A DNA stretch of 64,000 nucleotides from a virus (IMGVR_UViG_3300050335_000039:1-64000), one strand, 5' to 3'. Positions 37,535 to 48,449 are shown, counted from the first letter of the stretch. Program-made: numbers and translations. Notes: generated by a model from the sequence alone, not told the origin.

Positions 37535-39054
37535 GTAAAATTATGACAACAAAAGAAATAAATTCAACCGTAGAGGAACCAAAAAAGATAATGCAAACGG
37601 TATCTTCATGGTTAAATCCCTTATCAAACATAAATAATCCATGGTATTTATCCGAACAGGATGTAGATAAATATGATTATAATAATTTAGATTATAATAA
37701 ATTAATTAGAGATTGTAGATTTTTTTACAAAAGAGACCCAATTTCATCTACTACAATAAATAAGATGGTTGATATAGGAATTACTGAAATCTTATTTACC
37801 AATAAGGGAAAGTTAACCGAAAATGAGCTAAGAATTTTTTACGGCATAAAAGATAGTTTACAAGCGTTTGCTGAGAATATGGCGATAGAATTTTTGATTT
37901 CTGGTTTGGTAATACCTGAAATAGAATATGCTGTTGCTAATAAAGATGAATTAGAAAAACTAGGAATAAAAAAATATTCAAGTTTAATTCTACCTGTTTC
38001 TATGTGGGTTCGTGACCCATCAACAATAAAAATAAATTCAACATATTTTTCAGATAAGCCATCATATTTTATAAAAATACCTGAAAAGTTAATCTATTTT
38101 ATTACTAATAATGGCAAGTATCCAGATGGTACATCTGATGAAAAATTATTATCTAAATTTAAAGTTCTATATCCAGAATTTATATCGGAAATACTTTCTG
38201 GAAAGAAAGAAATATTACTAGATAATCCATTAATATTTAGATCAAAATATCTAAGTAATAGTCCATATCCAATACCATATCTTTCATCTGCTTTAGAATC
38301 ATTAAAGCACAAAAGAAATTTAAGAAGAATGGATTATTCAATAGCAAGTAGAGTTATTAGCGCCATTCTATTATTTAGATTGGGGGATAAAGATTTTCCA
38401 TTAACAGAAGATGACCAGGAACAATTTAATGCAATTAAAGAACAAATGTTATGGAGAGAAAATATAGGTAAAAATGCGGAAATAGAAAGAATCTTTCAAC
38501 TATTCGCAAACCATACCTTACAAATTGATTGGATATATCCTCCAGTAGATTCTCTATTGAATTCTGAAAAGTATAAAGATATAAATCAGGATATTGTTTA
38601 CTCGTTAGGTTTTCCTAGAATACTTATAACAGGAGAAACTGAAAAGACCGGTACGTCTGATCCAGAATTTGCTTCTTTATCTCCATTAAAAACAATGGAA
38701 TCAATGAGAAGAAAGATTTTACCTGTTTTAAGAGATGTTATTAGAAACGTAGCAGAGAGAAATAATATATCTTATATTCCAGATATAAAATTTAAAAATA
38801 TAAATTTGAATGATTTTAAAACCTTTGTTACAGCAATAGGATCACTTTATGAATCTGGTAATTTATCCAGAAATTCGTACGCTGAGGTATTTGGATATGA
38901 TTGGAATGATGAAATTAGAACTAAGGCAGAAGAAAATAATTTACTAAAAGAATTAAATGTAGAAGAGTTTGCTCCAAAACCTTATAGTCCACAGCCAAAG
39001 AATCAGCAAACTAGCACTAAAAAACGCAATAATAGTGATAAATTAGATCAATAA
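37522..39054 (+). CDS. Portal protein
   Basis: 510 aa directly after terL; CRFFY..DP, LGFPRILI. Confidence 0.78.
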   Translation: MANVGKIMTTKEINSTVEEPKKIMQTVSSWLNPLSNINNPWYLSEQDVDKYDYNNLDYNKLIRDCRFFYKRDPISSTTINKMVDIGITEILFTNKGKLTENELRIFYGIKDSLQAFAENMAIEFLISGLVIPEIEYAVANKDELEKLGIKKYSSLILPVSMWVRDPSTIKINSTYFSDKPSYFIKIPEKLIYFITNNGKYPDGTSDEKLLSKFKVLYPEFISEILSGKKEILLDNPLIFRSKYLSNSPYPIPYLSSALESLKHKRNLRRMDYSIASRVISAILLFRLGDKDFPLTEDDQEQFNAIKEQMLWRENIGKNAEIERIFQLFANHTLQIDWIYPPVDSLLNSEKYKDINQDIVYSLGFPRILITGETEKTGTSDPEFASLSPLKTMESMRRKILPVLRDVIRNVAERNNISYIPDIKFKNINLNDFKTFVTAIGSLYESGNLSRNSYAEVFGYDWNDEIRTKAEENNLLKELNVEEFAPKPYSPQPKNQQTSTKKRNNSDKLDQ

Positions 39055-39084
39055 TTGACACGAAATTGCATTTTGTGTTATAAT
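39055..39084 (+). promoter_or_regulatory. Promoter for head genes, near-identical to the minus promoter at 29890-29919
   Basis: ttgacacgaaattgcattttgtgttataat (TTGACA-18-TATAAT). Confidence 0.8.
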
Positions 39085-39130
39085 TAAAATAGAACATAAA
39101 TTCGCAATAGTTTGCGAATGAGGGTGACAA

Positions 39131-40156
39131 ATGAAAGATAAACTAATAACAAACTTTTTAAGTAATATTACATTTGAAGATGTTACTGATGACGATGACG
39201 ATATAAATGAATCAATTTCTTCATTAAATTTAAATAAAAATTTTGTTTCATGGATAAAATTTATTTTTACAGATTCTGAACCAAATGCAAATAGGCAAAG
39301 AATTCCAGAGGAAGAATTTGATAATATAATATCAACTGGTTTACACATGCCCATAAAAGCCGCATCTTTATCAAAAAACGGTATTCCAAATGGACATGAA
39401 GGAGCTTACCCAATAGGCGTTATTACCAACTTAAAAAAGGTTGGAGGGCAAATAAAAGGATTAGCGGCCCTATGGAAAAAAGAACGTGAAGAAGATGTAA
39501 ATTATATTAAAGAAGCACATAGCAAAGGTATTCCAATTAATCTATCTTGGGAATTAGGCTATGTCAATTCTTCGGTAGATGATAATGGTATAGAAGATTT
39601 ACACGATGTAGTTGTAAGAGCTACTACTATAGTAGGGATGCCGGCTTATAAGGGTAGAACACCGGTTCTAGAAATAAGTGCATCAGAACAAAATAAAAAC
39701 GTGGAGGATACTGAGTTGGAAGAATTAGAACTATTAAAACAGAGAGTCTCTGATCTAGAAAATAAAATGCTAGAGAAAGATACTGCTCTTTCAGCTAAAG
39801 ACGATGAAATTAAATCTTTACGAGAAGAAAATGAAAATCTTTTACAATTTAAAGCCGAAGTAGAAGCAAAAGAAGAAAAAGAGCGAAAATTAAAGAAAAT
39901 GAAAGAAAAATGCAAAGAGGCTGGAATTATAAAAGACGATCAATATTTTATTGATAATGCTGAAAAACTTTTAAGCATGACTGAGGAAAGTTTTGAGTTT
40001 ATGCTACAGGAAATGGTTGCTTTTTCTAGTGCATATAGAAAAGAATCAACATCATCTTTGGATAAAAATATTCCAAATTTAAATGGCAATAGTGATGATA
40101 TATCCAAAGACCCAAAGGCTTTAGCACAAGCTCTAAGAGAATTAAAAAGTAAATAA
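39131..40156 (+). CDS. Prohead protease fused to coiled-coil scaffold
   Basis: PNANRQRI, GH..A.PIG, LSWE, PAY.GR; long E/K-rich coiled-coil C-terminus; precedes the capsid genes. Confidence 0.75.
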   Translation: MKDKLITNFLSNITFEDVTDDDDDINESISSLNLNKNFVSWIKFIFTDSEPNANRQRIPEEEFDNIISTGLHMPIKAASLSKNGIPNGHEGAYPIGVITNLKKVGGQIKGLAALWKKEREEDVNYIKEAHSKGIPINLSWELGYVNSSVDDNGIEDLHDVVVRATTIVGMPAYKGRTPVLEISASEQNKNVEDTELEELELLKQRVSDLENKMLEKDTALSAKDDEIKSLREENENLLQFKAEVEAKEEKERKLKKMKEKCKEAGIIKDDQYFIDNAEKLLSMTEESFEFMLQEMVAFSSAYRKESTSSLDKNIPNLNGNSDDISKDPKALAQALRELKSK

Positions 40157-40177
40157 TTATCAAGGAGATAATTAGTA

Positions 40178-40750
40178 ATGGAAATTAATAAATTTTATGA
40201 TATAAAAGGTGTTATACCAACAGAAGATATTGTTGAAGGTCGTATGGTGGTTTTAACATCTCATACACATAATTACGATTTTGGAAGTAAAACAGATTTA
40301 CCTGGTTGCAAGGTTCCGGCTACTGCTGAAGAAGCCAATGCCGCAATGTTTATTGTAACATGGGCAGTTGATAATAGAGAAACTCCTATTTATCAACCAA
40401 ATCCAAGTTTCAATTATGCTTTACGACAGGGTTTTGATAGACCTGCAAATACTCCATTCTCTACTACCGTTTATGTAACACACCCAGGAAACCAAAATGG
40501 TTTAACTATACCATCTGGTACGCCCTGTCTAGCGTTTGGCGAAGGAACATATACCGTTCCATCCGGCTGTTATATAAACAATGCCGCTATTGTTAATCCA
40601 GGTACTCTATTACAAGTTGCAAATACAGCAGAAGATTCTACTGATGCTGGCAAACTAAAAGTTGTTTCTACTTGGGGAAACAGAGTAATTGGAGTTGTAG
40701 AACATTATAATACTTCAAATGGTGATTTAACATTCTCTATAACCAAATAA
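40178..40750 (+). CDS. Capsid decoration/cement-like protein
   Basis: Position between scaffold and MCP; beta-rich, GKL...VIGVV. Confidence 0.6.
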   Translation: MEINKFYDIKGVIPTEDIVEGRMVVLTSHTHNYDFGSKTDLPGCKVPATAEEANAAMFIVTWAVDNRETPIYQPNPSFNYALRQGFDRPANTPFSTTVYVTHPGNQNGLTIPSGTPCLAFGEGTYTVPSGCYINNAAIVNPGTLLQVANTAEDSTDAGKLKVVSTWGNRVIGVVEHYNTSNGDLTFSITK

Positions 40751-40775
40751 TTAATTTGGAGGATAAAATAATACA

Positions 40776-41684
40776 ATGGAAGATACAAAAATAAAGGAAG
40801 CCATCGCTTCTGTAATGAAGGATAAAAATCAGCGAGAGGCTCTTGCAGAATTATTAGTTGAGTATATTCAGCCTAATCATATAACAACCGATTTTATTTC
40901 ATTGTTATTGAATACCAGAAATCTAAAACCTGGGGATTCTCTAATAAAGAAAATAAGAAAGGGGATTACCGTTCATACTTTAGTACCAGGTTCAGTTAGT
41001 CTAAAGAGCGAAGTAACGGTATCAGATAGAATGAATTACGTTCTAGATGGTGCTATTGTTTCTCTAATGGCTAACTATTGGGAATTAGAATCTGGAGAAA
41101 TTGGTACTATAGAATCACTACGTGCTGAGGCTATGGCGAAACTTCGTGATATGTTCATGAATAAAGTATTTAATGCTCTAGCTTCTGTATGGAATGGAAG
41201 TAACACTCCAGATAACTACGTTTCAGCGGGTGGTGCTATTTCTTCTACCGTTCTAAAGAACGCTATTGACAGAATTAATCAAACTACCTCTGGCGTAAAA
41301 GCAGTTATTGGCGTTCGCTCTGCATTAACTCCAATTACTACTTTCGGTGGTTTTTGGTCTAATGGAGCTACTACTACTGAAGTACCATCAGCAATTAAAG
41401 AGATTATGGATACCGGCTGGTTGGGTAAATATTATGGCGCTCCTATTATAGCTCTAAATCAAGTATGGGATAATCCAGAAGATCATAATACAATGCTACC
41501 CACAGATAAAGTGTTGGTAGTAGGAGAAAATGTTGGTGAATTTATTACTTATGGTGATGTAAAAACCAAAGAATATGATGAAATGCGCCCAACTCCTCCA
41601 TATTGGAATCTTGATATTTATCAACAATTTGGTTTAATGGTTGATAATGCTCAAGGCATTTATGTAATAGGCGGAATTAGTTAA
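40776..41684 (+). CDS. Major capsid protein
   Basis: 302 aa, ggagg RBS, followed by a terminator; GWLGKYYGAPII, YQQFG. Confidence 0.75.
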   Translation: MEDTKIKEAIASVMKDKNQREALAELLVEYIQPNHITTDFISLLLNTRNLKPGDSLIKKIRKGITVHTLVPGSVSLKSEVTVSDRMNYVLDGAIVSLMANYWELESGEIGTIESLRAEAMAKLRDMFMNKVFNALASVWNGSNTPDNYVSAGGAISSTVLKNAIDRINQTTSGVKAVIGVRSALTPITTFGGFWSNGATTTEVPSAIKEIMDTGWLGKYYGAPIIALNQVWDNPEDHNTMLPTDKVLVVGENVGEFITYGDVKTKEYDEMRPTPPYWNLDIYQQFGLMVDNAQGIYVIGGIS

Positions 41685-41700
41685 TATATTGTATATATAT

Positions 41701-41724
41701 GGGAGAGTTTTTAAAAACTCTCCC
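41701..41724 (+). terminator. Hairpin after the capsid gene
   Basis: gggagagttttt/aaaaactctccc perfect palindrome. Confidence 0.65.
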
Positions 41725-41764
41725 ATAATAAATTTACATATAAAGGAAAGGATTTTTATTTTAA

Positions 41765-42253
41765 ATGGAAGATAGTAATTTAGATATTTATTCAAAAATG
41801 CAAACTGATGCTCCTTATAAAACCTATAAAAAGACTATTTTGGGAAAAGTTTATTTAACAGTTATAAATCCATTTTCTGGTGAACCGGAAGGAATAATTG
41901 TATCTGGAGACCCAAAGAAAAATGAAGGATTAATTGATATTTGGGATATAAAACAAGATATGTTTTTTAGACGGTCAAATAAAAGGCAGTTTGAGATGGG
42001 AAATATAATAGAATATAAAAGGCCTATTGAAGAACAACCAAAAGAAAGGGAAATAGAAAGTTACTCTGATGAAGAATTAAAAGAGGTTATCAATCAAAAA
42101 TTTATGGCCTTACAGCATACAGTAAATAAAATTAAGACAGAAACAGTCTTAATAAGAATGATAGATTTAGCTAGAGAAATGGAAAAATCTGAAAAGATTA
42201 TTAAGGTTTTTGAGGCTAGACTAGCTGAATTACAACAAGTGGGATTAACATAA
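41765..42253 (+). CDS. Hypothetical head-associated protein
   Basis: aaggaaagg RBS; position after MCP. Confidence 0.6.
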   Translation: MEDSNLDIYSKMQTDAPYKTYKKTILGKVYLTVINPFSGEPEGIIVSGDPKKNEGLIDIWDIKQDMFFRRSNKRQFEMGNIIEYKRPIEEQPKEREIESYSDEELKEVINQKFMALQHTVNKIKTETVLIRMIDLAREMEKSEKIIKVFEARLAELQQVGLT

Positions 42254-42254
42254 A

Positions 42255-42764
42255 ATGTCATTAAATACAGCTACTAACTATGATTATTTAATAGATGCTC
42301 TAAGATTACATTTAGGAGACACAAACCCAGCTAGTTATAGATATTTAGATGAATGGTTAAGAACAGCATTAATGTATTCTATAAAAACTCTACAGCGCTG
42401 GTGGAATTATAAGTATCTAATAGATTCTAATTATGATATATATAGGAATCCTAATATTTCTTTTCTTTTTCCAGAACCACCAATTATACAAACTGTTGAT
42501 GAGCGTCCTATAGTTTTAATGGCATCTATTATAATAAAACAAGGCGCATTAGAAAACTCATCTTGGGCTACTGGTAGCTGGAAAGATTACGAAATATCAT
42601 ATAGTAATATAGAATCTGGAAAAATGAAAGAATTTTCATTAAAATCAGATTGGGATGAATTAACTTCATTAATAAAACAACCTTCTAAAAGATTAGCTTG
42701 GACAGAGAAAGGCCATCTACCTGGATGGACATCTCCTGGGTATGAAAAAGATACTATACCTTAA
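42255..42764 (+). CDS. Putative head-tail adaptor
   Basis: LIDALRLHLGD...YRYLDEWL; position. Confidence 0.6.
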   Translation: MSLNTATNYDYLIDALRLHLGDTNPASYRYLDEWLRTALMYSIKTLQRWWNYKYLIDSNYDIYRNPNISFLFPEPPIIQTVDERPIVLMASIIIKQGALENSSWATGSWKDYEISYSNIESGKMKEFSLKSDWDELTSLIKQPSKRLAWTEKGHLPGWTSPGYEKDTIP

Positions 42765-42781
42765 TAAGAAAGGGATAAAGG

Positions 42782-43960
42782 ATGTATAATATTTTATGGA
42801 TTAGTGATGGAGTAACTCCAACAGGATTTAGTAGGGTGGCACATTCTATAATAAAATATTTACCAAGAGATAAATATAATATAGAAATGTTAGCCATTAA
42901 TTACCATGGTGATCCACATGAATACAATTACAATATTTACCCAGCAGGAAGTAAAGGAATTCTCTATGGGTTTAATAGAATACAGGATTTAGCTAAAGAT
43001 GATATAGACCTTATTTTTATATTAAATGATGTTTGGATTATAAATGAATATTTAAAAGTAATTAAAGAAGTTTGGTCTAAAATCAATAAGAAACCTGAAA
43101 TAGTGGTATATTTTCCCGTTGATGCAGAGGAACATGATCCAGATTGGTATGTTAATTTCGATATAGTAAGTAAAGCTGTTGTATATACAGAATTTGGCAA
43201 GAACGTAGTTAAAAAAGCATGTCCAAATCTTGAAACTATTATAATTCCACATGGGGTTGATTTAGATGATTTTTATAAAATAAATAAACCAACTAAAGAA
43301 CTAAAGGAAACATTATTTCCAAAAGATAGAACTGATTTAATAGATTCATTTATAGTATTAAATGCAGGACGGAATCAACCAAGAAAAAAACTGGATATAG
43401 CTTTAGAAGGATTTTCAATATTTGCAAAAAATAAACCAGAAAATGTTAAATTTTATTCTCATTGTGGAATAGTTGATTCTTATATAGATATTTCAAAAAT
43501 AGCTAAAAGATTTAATATAGGAAATAGATTAATAATATCAAATGCTTCTTCTGGTGTACAAACCGTTCCCGTACAAAAATTAAATTTAATTTATAACTGT
43601 TGTGAAGTAGGGATAAATACATCTATTGGTGAAGGATGGAGCCTTTGTAATGCCGAACACGCTGCAACAGGGGCCCCACAAATAGTACCTGCACATAGTG
43701 CATGTAAAGAATTATTTAGTGATTGTGGAATTTTATTGCCGGTTGTATCTAAAATAATGCAAATAGACATTATGACTGTTGGTGGATTAGTAAGAGCTGA
43801 AGACGTTGCTAATAGTTTAGAATTATTATATTCAAATAAAGAATTATATAATAAAAAGAAGAACGCATGTTTAGAAAAATTTACATCTGACAAGTATTTG
43901 TGGAAAAATATTAGTAAGCAATGGGATAATTTATTTACAGAGGTATTAAAATGGACATAA
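42782..43960 (+). CDS. Glycosyltransferase family 4 (GT-B)
   Basis: ILWISD...TGFSRV, IPHGVD, NAGRNQPRK, EGWSL..AEHAATGAPQI. Confidence 0.9.
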   Translation: MYNILWISDGVTPTGFSRVAHSIIKYLPRDKYNIEMLAINYHGDPHEYNYNIYPAGSKGILYGFNRIQDLAKDDIDLIFILNDVWIINEYLKVIKEVWSKINKKPEIVVYFPVDAEEHDPDWYVNFDIVSKAVVYTEFGKNVVKKACPNLETIIIPHGVDLDDFYKINKPTKELKETLFPKDRTDLIDSFIVLNAGRNQPRKKLDIALEGFSIFAKNKPENVKFYSHCGIVDSYIDISKIAKRFNIGNRLIISNASSGVQTVPVQKLNLIYNCCEVGINTSIGEGWSLCNAEHAATGAPQIVPAHSACKELFSDCGILLPVVSKIMQIDIMTVGGLVRAEDVANSLELLYSNKELYNKKKNACLEKFTSDKYLWKNISKQWDNLFTEVLKWT

Positions 43961-44394
43961 TTTTTCCAGACACAACAGATATAATTGACAAAATAAGGTC
44001 TGTTATAGGAAGAAATGTGGTTTTTATATATACAATATCTTCTGAACCATGCCCATTTTGTAATTTAGACCCTATTACTAATACTTCTACAGATTCTTTT
44101 TGTACAACATGTAGTGGTAAATATTGGATACCAGTCACTAATAGAACTACAGTTTCAGCGCATATAACTTGGGGACATTCAGAAGATTTAAATTGGGTAA
44201 CAGGAGGCCAATATTTTGAGGGAGACTGTAGAATCCAAATTAAATTAACTGATGAAAATATAACATTAGCTAATTTAGCGGATAGTGTTGAAGTTGATGG
44301 AAAATTAATGACAATAAAGAAAAAGATTTTGCGTGGAGCACAAAATTTGAATAGAATTCTATTGGATTTGGTTGAGAAAGAGGATAAGATTTAA
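43951..44394 (+). CDS. Putative head-closure protein with two CxxC motifs
   Basis: CPFC...CTTC, G.CRIQI; position. Confidence 0.5.
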   Translation: MDIIFPDTTDIIDKIRSVIGRNVVFIYTISSEPCPFCNLDPITNTSTDSFCTTCSGKYWIPVTNRTTVSAHITWGHSEDLNWVTGGQYFEGDCRIQIKLTDENITLANLADSVEVDGKLMTIKKKILRGAQNLNRILLDLVEKEDKI

Positions 44395-44628
44395 ATATGG
44401 AAGGAAATAAAATAATAAAACAAATAGATTTATTTGAAATTATTAGATTTATAGGCAAACGGAATAAAGTTTTTCAAGCTATGATTCTACAAGAAATTGA
44501 ATCTATTATAAATAAGGATTCTGATGAATATAAGCAAATTAGAAAACTTATTTTAGATGGATTTAATAATTATACTAGAAATATTATGAAAATAATATTT
44601 GGTGATGTGGAATATTTAATAAAATAAA

Positions 44629-45699
44629 ATGTTAGAGAGCACTGTAAATTATTATACTAAATATACAGAACAACTAATAAATGAAACAGATGAATTTCGT
44701 GAAAAATTAAAGATCATTAGTAAAAGAATATTAGAGTTAAATGAAATAAAAAATAAAGAAAAAGATATAATATCTGACATAAAAACTGCTAATAATATAC
44801 AGTGTATAAGTTCATATAAAGATTTTGCTACAAAATTATTGAAAAGAGAAGCAATTTTAGCGGCAGAGATTACAAAGGAATTTAGTGTAGGTATATTTAC
44901 AGAAAGATTAAATATGGCTATAGATGACCCAAATACTATAGAATTAATTCCTATAGAAGGTACCAGTAATATAAATGTAATAATAGACTTAAGTACAACC
45001 GCCGGAACTATAGAAGATTGGGCCAATGCCGTAGATGTCGCTAGACGTGAATTAAACATAAGTATATATTCAAGGCATCCAGTATCAGCAAGAGAAAGGT
45101 CTGAGAGATGGGTAAATTACTACGATGCTGGTAGAAATAATAAAGATATTATAAATAAAAAAGGAAAAGATGTAACATATACCTATTATACTAGATACTG
45201 GGATACTATATATAAAAGATTAGATAGTTGTACTTCATTAGCTCCATGGTGGGAAATACTTCAATTTGGAACTATAAAATTTCCAGAAGATACTAGTGGT
45301 ACAGCATATCCAATAATACAACCTACTCGTTTTGTTGATATAGCTATTACTAAAATAAAAAATAATTATTATGGTTATTGTAATAAAAGATTAAATAAAT
45401 TAAATATTTATATCGAAAGTAAAAGAAATATAAAAAATATTAATAAAGCCATAGAAGATGCTAAATTAATAAAAAGAGAAATTATTGAAAATTTAAAATC
45501 AAAAAAATCATTGGAAGAGAGCACTAGAAAATTAAGAGAAATAACCGATGATTATATAAATACAAATATAGAAAGAAATTTTCCAGATACTAAAGAATTC
45601 TTAAATGAAGTGTATAGTTTTGTTAATAAACAAGTTTCAGGAGTTACATCTAAAATAAAATTAGGTATTTCAAAAATAGTTAATATAATAGGTAAATAA
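44629..45699 (+). CDS. Putative tail completion/neck protein
   Basis: APWWEILQFG...YP; position. Confidence 0.4.
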   Translation: MLESTVNYYTKYTEQLINETDEFREKLKIISKRILELNEIKNKEKDIISDIKTANNIQCISSYKDFATKLLKREAILAAEITKEFSVGIFTERLNMAIDDPNTIELIPIEGTSNINVIIDLSTTAGTIEDWANAVDVARRELNISIYSRHPVSARERSERWVNYYDAGRNNKDIINKKGKDVTYTYYTRYWDTIYKRLDSCTSLAPWWEILQFGTIKFPEDTSGTAYPIIQPTRFVDIAITKIKNNYYGYCNKRLNKLNIYIESKRNIKNINKAIEDAKLIKREIIENLKSKKSLEESTRKLREITDDYINTNIERNFPDTKEFLNEVYSFVNKQVSGVTSKIKLGISKIVNIIGK

Positions 45700-46149
45700 A
45701 TGTATTTAGAAAGAAAAGAAGATTTAAGTATAGTATATTGGTTAAAAGATAAATTCTCATCTGTTGATTTTGTAAATATACAGGATGGATTTCCAAACTC
45801 GGAATTAGTATTGCCAACCATTTCTTCAGAACAAAAAACTTTAACTGCTGTGGATATTGAATTAGGAAATAAAAAGGGGGCAAGAGATAGGCTATATAAT
45901 ATAGATGTATTTGCAATAAATAAAGCACAGCGAGATGAGTTTGCTTATAAGATTTATAACGAATTAGCAGAGGGTATTCCTGTATATGATTATGATGAAG
46001 GTTTTCCTCCAGATGTAGTTCCTACTAAAATAGGATGTTTAATTCCAAAAGAAAGAAGGATTGATTTTATAAAGGTAATACCCGAATTAGTAGATAAACT
46101 ATATTATAGAGCTTCTATAGTTTTTATAGTTTATAACAATAAATTATAA
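45700..46149 (+). CDS. Putative tail terminator
   Basis: QDGFP...ELG...IDVFA..KAQRD; precedes the tail tube gene. Confidence 0.55.
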   Translation: MYLERKEDLSIVYWLKDKFSSVDFVNIQDGFPNSELVLPTISSEQKTLTAVDIELGNKKGARDRLYNIDVFAINKAQRDEFAYKIYNELAEGIPVYDYDEGFPPDVVPTKIGCLIPKERRIDFIKVIPELVDKLYYRASIVFIVYNNKL

Positions 46150-46164
46150 GGAGATATTATTATT

Positions 46165-47358
46165 ATGGCAGAGAGATTAGCCATTCCCTCAAAAGAGTTA
46201 CAATTACAGATAGTTGGGGCTAAACAGGTTTTTGCCGTACCTAGAGCTCAAAGGATTAATCTTACATCTGATATTCCTTCAACTATAACAGATGAAATTG
46301 GTAATCCTGAGCATGCAGGAGAAGCAAAAGATATTCCAAATGTAACACTAACCTTTTCGTGTTTTGATACCGGTATAAGAACTTACTCTGTTTTAACTGG
46401 TGTAGATTATGATTCATACCCATCAGCCGGAGTTGACATATCAAATCTCGGAGAAATAGATGCTATTATTTATGTAAAAGACCCAGACGTAGCAGATTAT
46501 GTAAAATCTGCATCTGTAAGAAGATTACAGATTAGAGATTTTACTTTTAGTTATTCTGTTGATGGAGAATCTACAGAAGATTATACAGCAATTGGCTCAG
46601 AATATAGATGGTTTAGAAATGATGTAGTAGTGGATAAATTTACTTCTGGTTCAACCGTATTTACTTTAACACAAACTCCAATTCAGTTACGAAATGGTAG
46701 ATATGCTGTTTCTGTAATACTAGATGGAAAATATCTAGAAGAGACATCAGGCATGCCATCTACTGGACAATATAGAATAGTTGGAACAACCCTAACAACC
46801 GGAGATAGTAGAACATCTCAAGTATTGGTTGTTTACCATGCCTCTCCAACAGGTAATAACTGGTCTGATGTTTCCGATAATACTATGCCAGCCGCCATTC
46901 GTGGTAGAGATGTTTCAGTTGAAATATTAGCTAATAGTATTAATAGAGTACAATCAGTAACTATTAACGGCTCATTAAATGTACAAGAAGTAAGAGAAAT
47001 GGGTAATAAATCTGTAGTTGGTTATCAAAGACAGGTTCCAACAATAGATGGATCAATTACTGTATTAGATACAGATTTAGATTTAATAGACTTATTTACT
47101 TATGGTACAGTATCTTCAGGAGACGTAGAATTTCAACCTGGGGTAGGTTGTGCTGATAATACAATTGATTTGGAAATTATTTTACATGATCCTTGCGATG
47201 ATTCTAGCCCATATACTGTATTAAAGACCGTTTACTTGCCTAGCATAACTCCAGTTGGAGATGCGTATTCAGTTAATGTGAATGGTAATGCTGGACATAC
47301 ATTTAACTTTAGAAGTCTTGATGCACGATGTTATGTATATAGTGGAGAAAGATCGTAA
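46165..47358 (+). CDS. Major tail protein
   Basis: 397 aa, followed by a terminator and then tail chaperone and tape measure genes. Confidence 0.7.
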   Translation: MAERLAIPSKELQLQIVGAKQVFAVPRAQRINLTSDIPSTITDEIGNPEHAGEAKDIPNVTLTFSCFDTGIRTYSVLTGVDYDSYPSAGVDISNLGEIDAIIYVKDPDVADYVKSASVRRLQIRDFTFSYSVDGESTEDYTAIGSEYRWFRNDVVVDKFTSGSTVFTLTQTPIQLRNGRYAVSVILDGKYLEETSGMPSTGQYRIVGTTLTTGDSRTSQVLVVYHASPTGNNWSDVSDNTMPAAIRGRDVSVEILANSINRVQSVTINGSLNVQEVREMGNKSVVGYQRQVPTIDGSITVLDTDLDLIDLFTYGTVSSGDVEFQPGVGCADNTIDLEIILHDPCDDSSPYTVLKTVYLPSITPVGDAYSVNVNGNAGHTFNFRSLDARCYVYSGERS

Positions 47359-47386
47359 GTGGCATTGAAATTGGTTTTATAAAAGG

Positions 47387-47420
47387 AAGCCATATAGATT
47401 AAATTCTATATGGCTTTTAT
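47387..47420 (+). terminator. Intrinsic terminator after the major tail gene
   Basis: aagccatataga/tctatatggctt 12-bp stem plus T-tract. Confidence 0.75.
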
Positions 47421-47445
47421 TTAATTTAGGAAAGGATTTTTAGGA

Positions 47446-48174
47446 ATGAATGCAGAAAAGAATGATGTTGACATTAGTAAATTATTTAATTGGGGAAAAG
47501 AATTTGAAATAACAGACAATGTAGGAAAAGTGATCGCAAAGGTTTATATAAGATTAGTTGGAGACGCTGAATTAAATCAAAGTAGAGTAAAAGCACTAAG
47601 AAATTCAGCACAATTGAGGAAATCCTTAAGAACACAAGGATCAGATGAAAATTTGGCTTATATTCCAGATTTGGATTCTATAGATTCACATAATATAATA
47701 GAAGTAATTTTGAATAATGAGGTATCTAGTATTACTAGGGAAGTAATGTACTCATTAGACATACCGTTACCAAAAGAACCGAGGTCTGATTCATCTATTG
47801 AAGAGCAGGAAAAATACCAAGAAGAAGTAGATAAATATCCTGCAAAAAGAAATAAAATCTTACTAGATAGGGTTAACAAACAATTAGATAAGAAAAGAAA
47901 AGAATATTCTACTAAAACAAAAGAAGAATTATATAAAATACTAACAAATATTATAATAGATAAATTATGTGAAGAACACATGATGAAGAGTTTCAAAGAG
48001 TGGTGTACTTATTTTGGTACATATAAGGACAAAGACTTTAAATATAGATTATGCAAAACTTTTGATGAGTTTAGTAATCTAGCTCCTGAATTTAAAGAGC
48101 AATTAATTAATGGATATGATTCTTTGGATTTGGTGTCTGATGACCTAAAAAAATTGCCGGAAGCAACGCAATAG
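47446..48174 (+). CDS. Tail assembly chaperone (G)
   Basis: Position before TMP; ends shortly after a slippery site. Confidence 0.75.
   Translation: MNAEKNDVDISKLFNWGKEFEITDNVGKVIAKVYIRLVGDAELNQSRVKALRNSAQLRKSLRTQGSDENLAYIPDLDSIDSHNIIEVILNNEVSSITREVMYSLDIPLPKEPRSDSSIEEQEKYQEEVDKYPAKRNKILLDRVNKQLDKKRKEYSTKTKEELYKILTNIIIDKLCEEHMMKSFKEWCTYFGTYKDKDFKYRLCKTFDEFSNLAPEFKEQLINGYDSLDLVSDDLKKLPEATQ
48147..48153 (+). other. Programmed -1 frameshift site A AAA AAA producing the G-T chaperone (to 48446)
   Basis: cta aaa aaa ttg; the -1 frame is open from 48153 and continuous with ORF 48201-48446. Confidence 0.8.
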
Positions 48175-48449
48175 CTGGTTTATGGATAACAGCAAAGGCG
48201 TTGCAGATTCCATTAGACTCTAAAATAAAGGAAATTAAAGATTTGCCATATACAATTTCTTATGTAATTAGAAAAAGAACACAAATAGATAATTTAAATG
48301 AATTACCTAAAGAAAAAAGACCTCCTGAAATATATTTATGGGATAAATCTACTGAAGATTTAGAGATGTGGTTAGATGGAGTACTAGGTAAGAATAAAAC
48401 AAAAGAAAAAGAAATGACAATATCATTAAGAGATATTGAAGGATAATCT

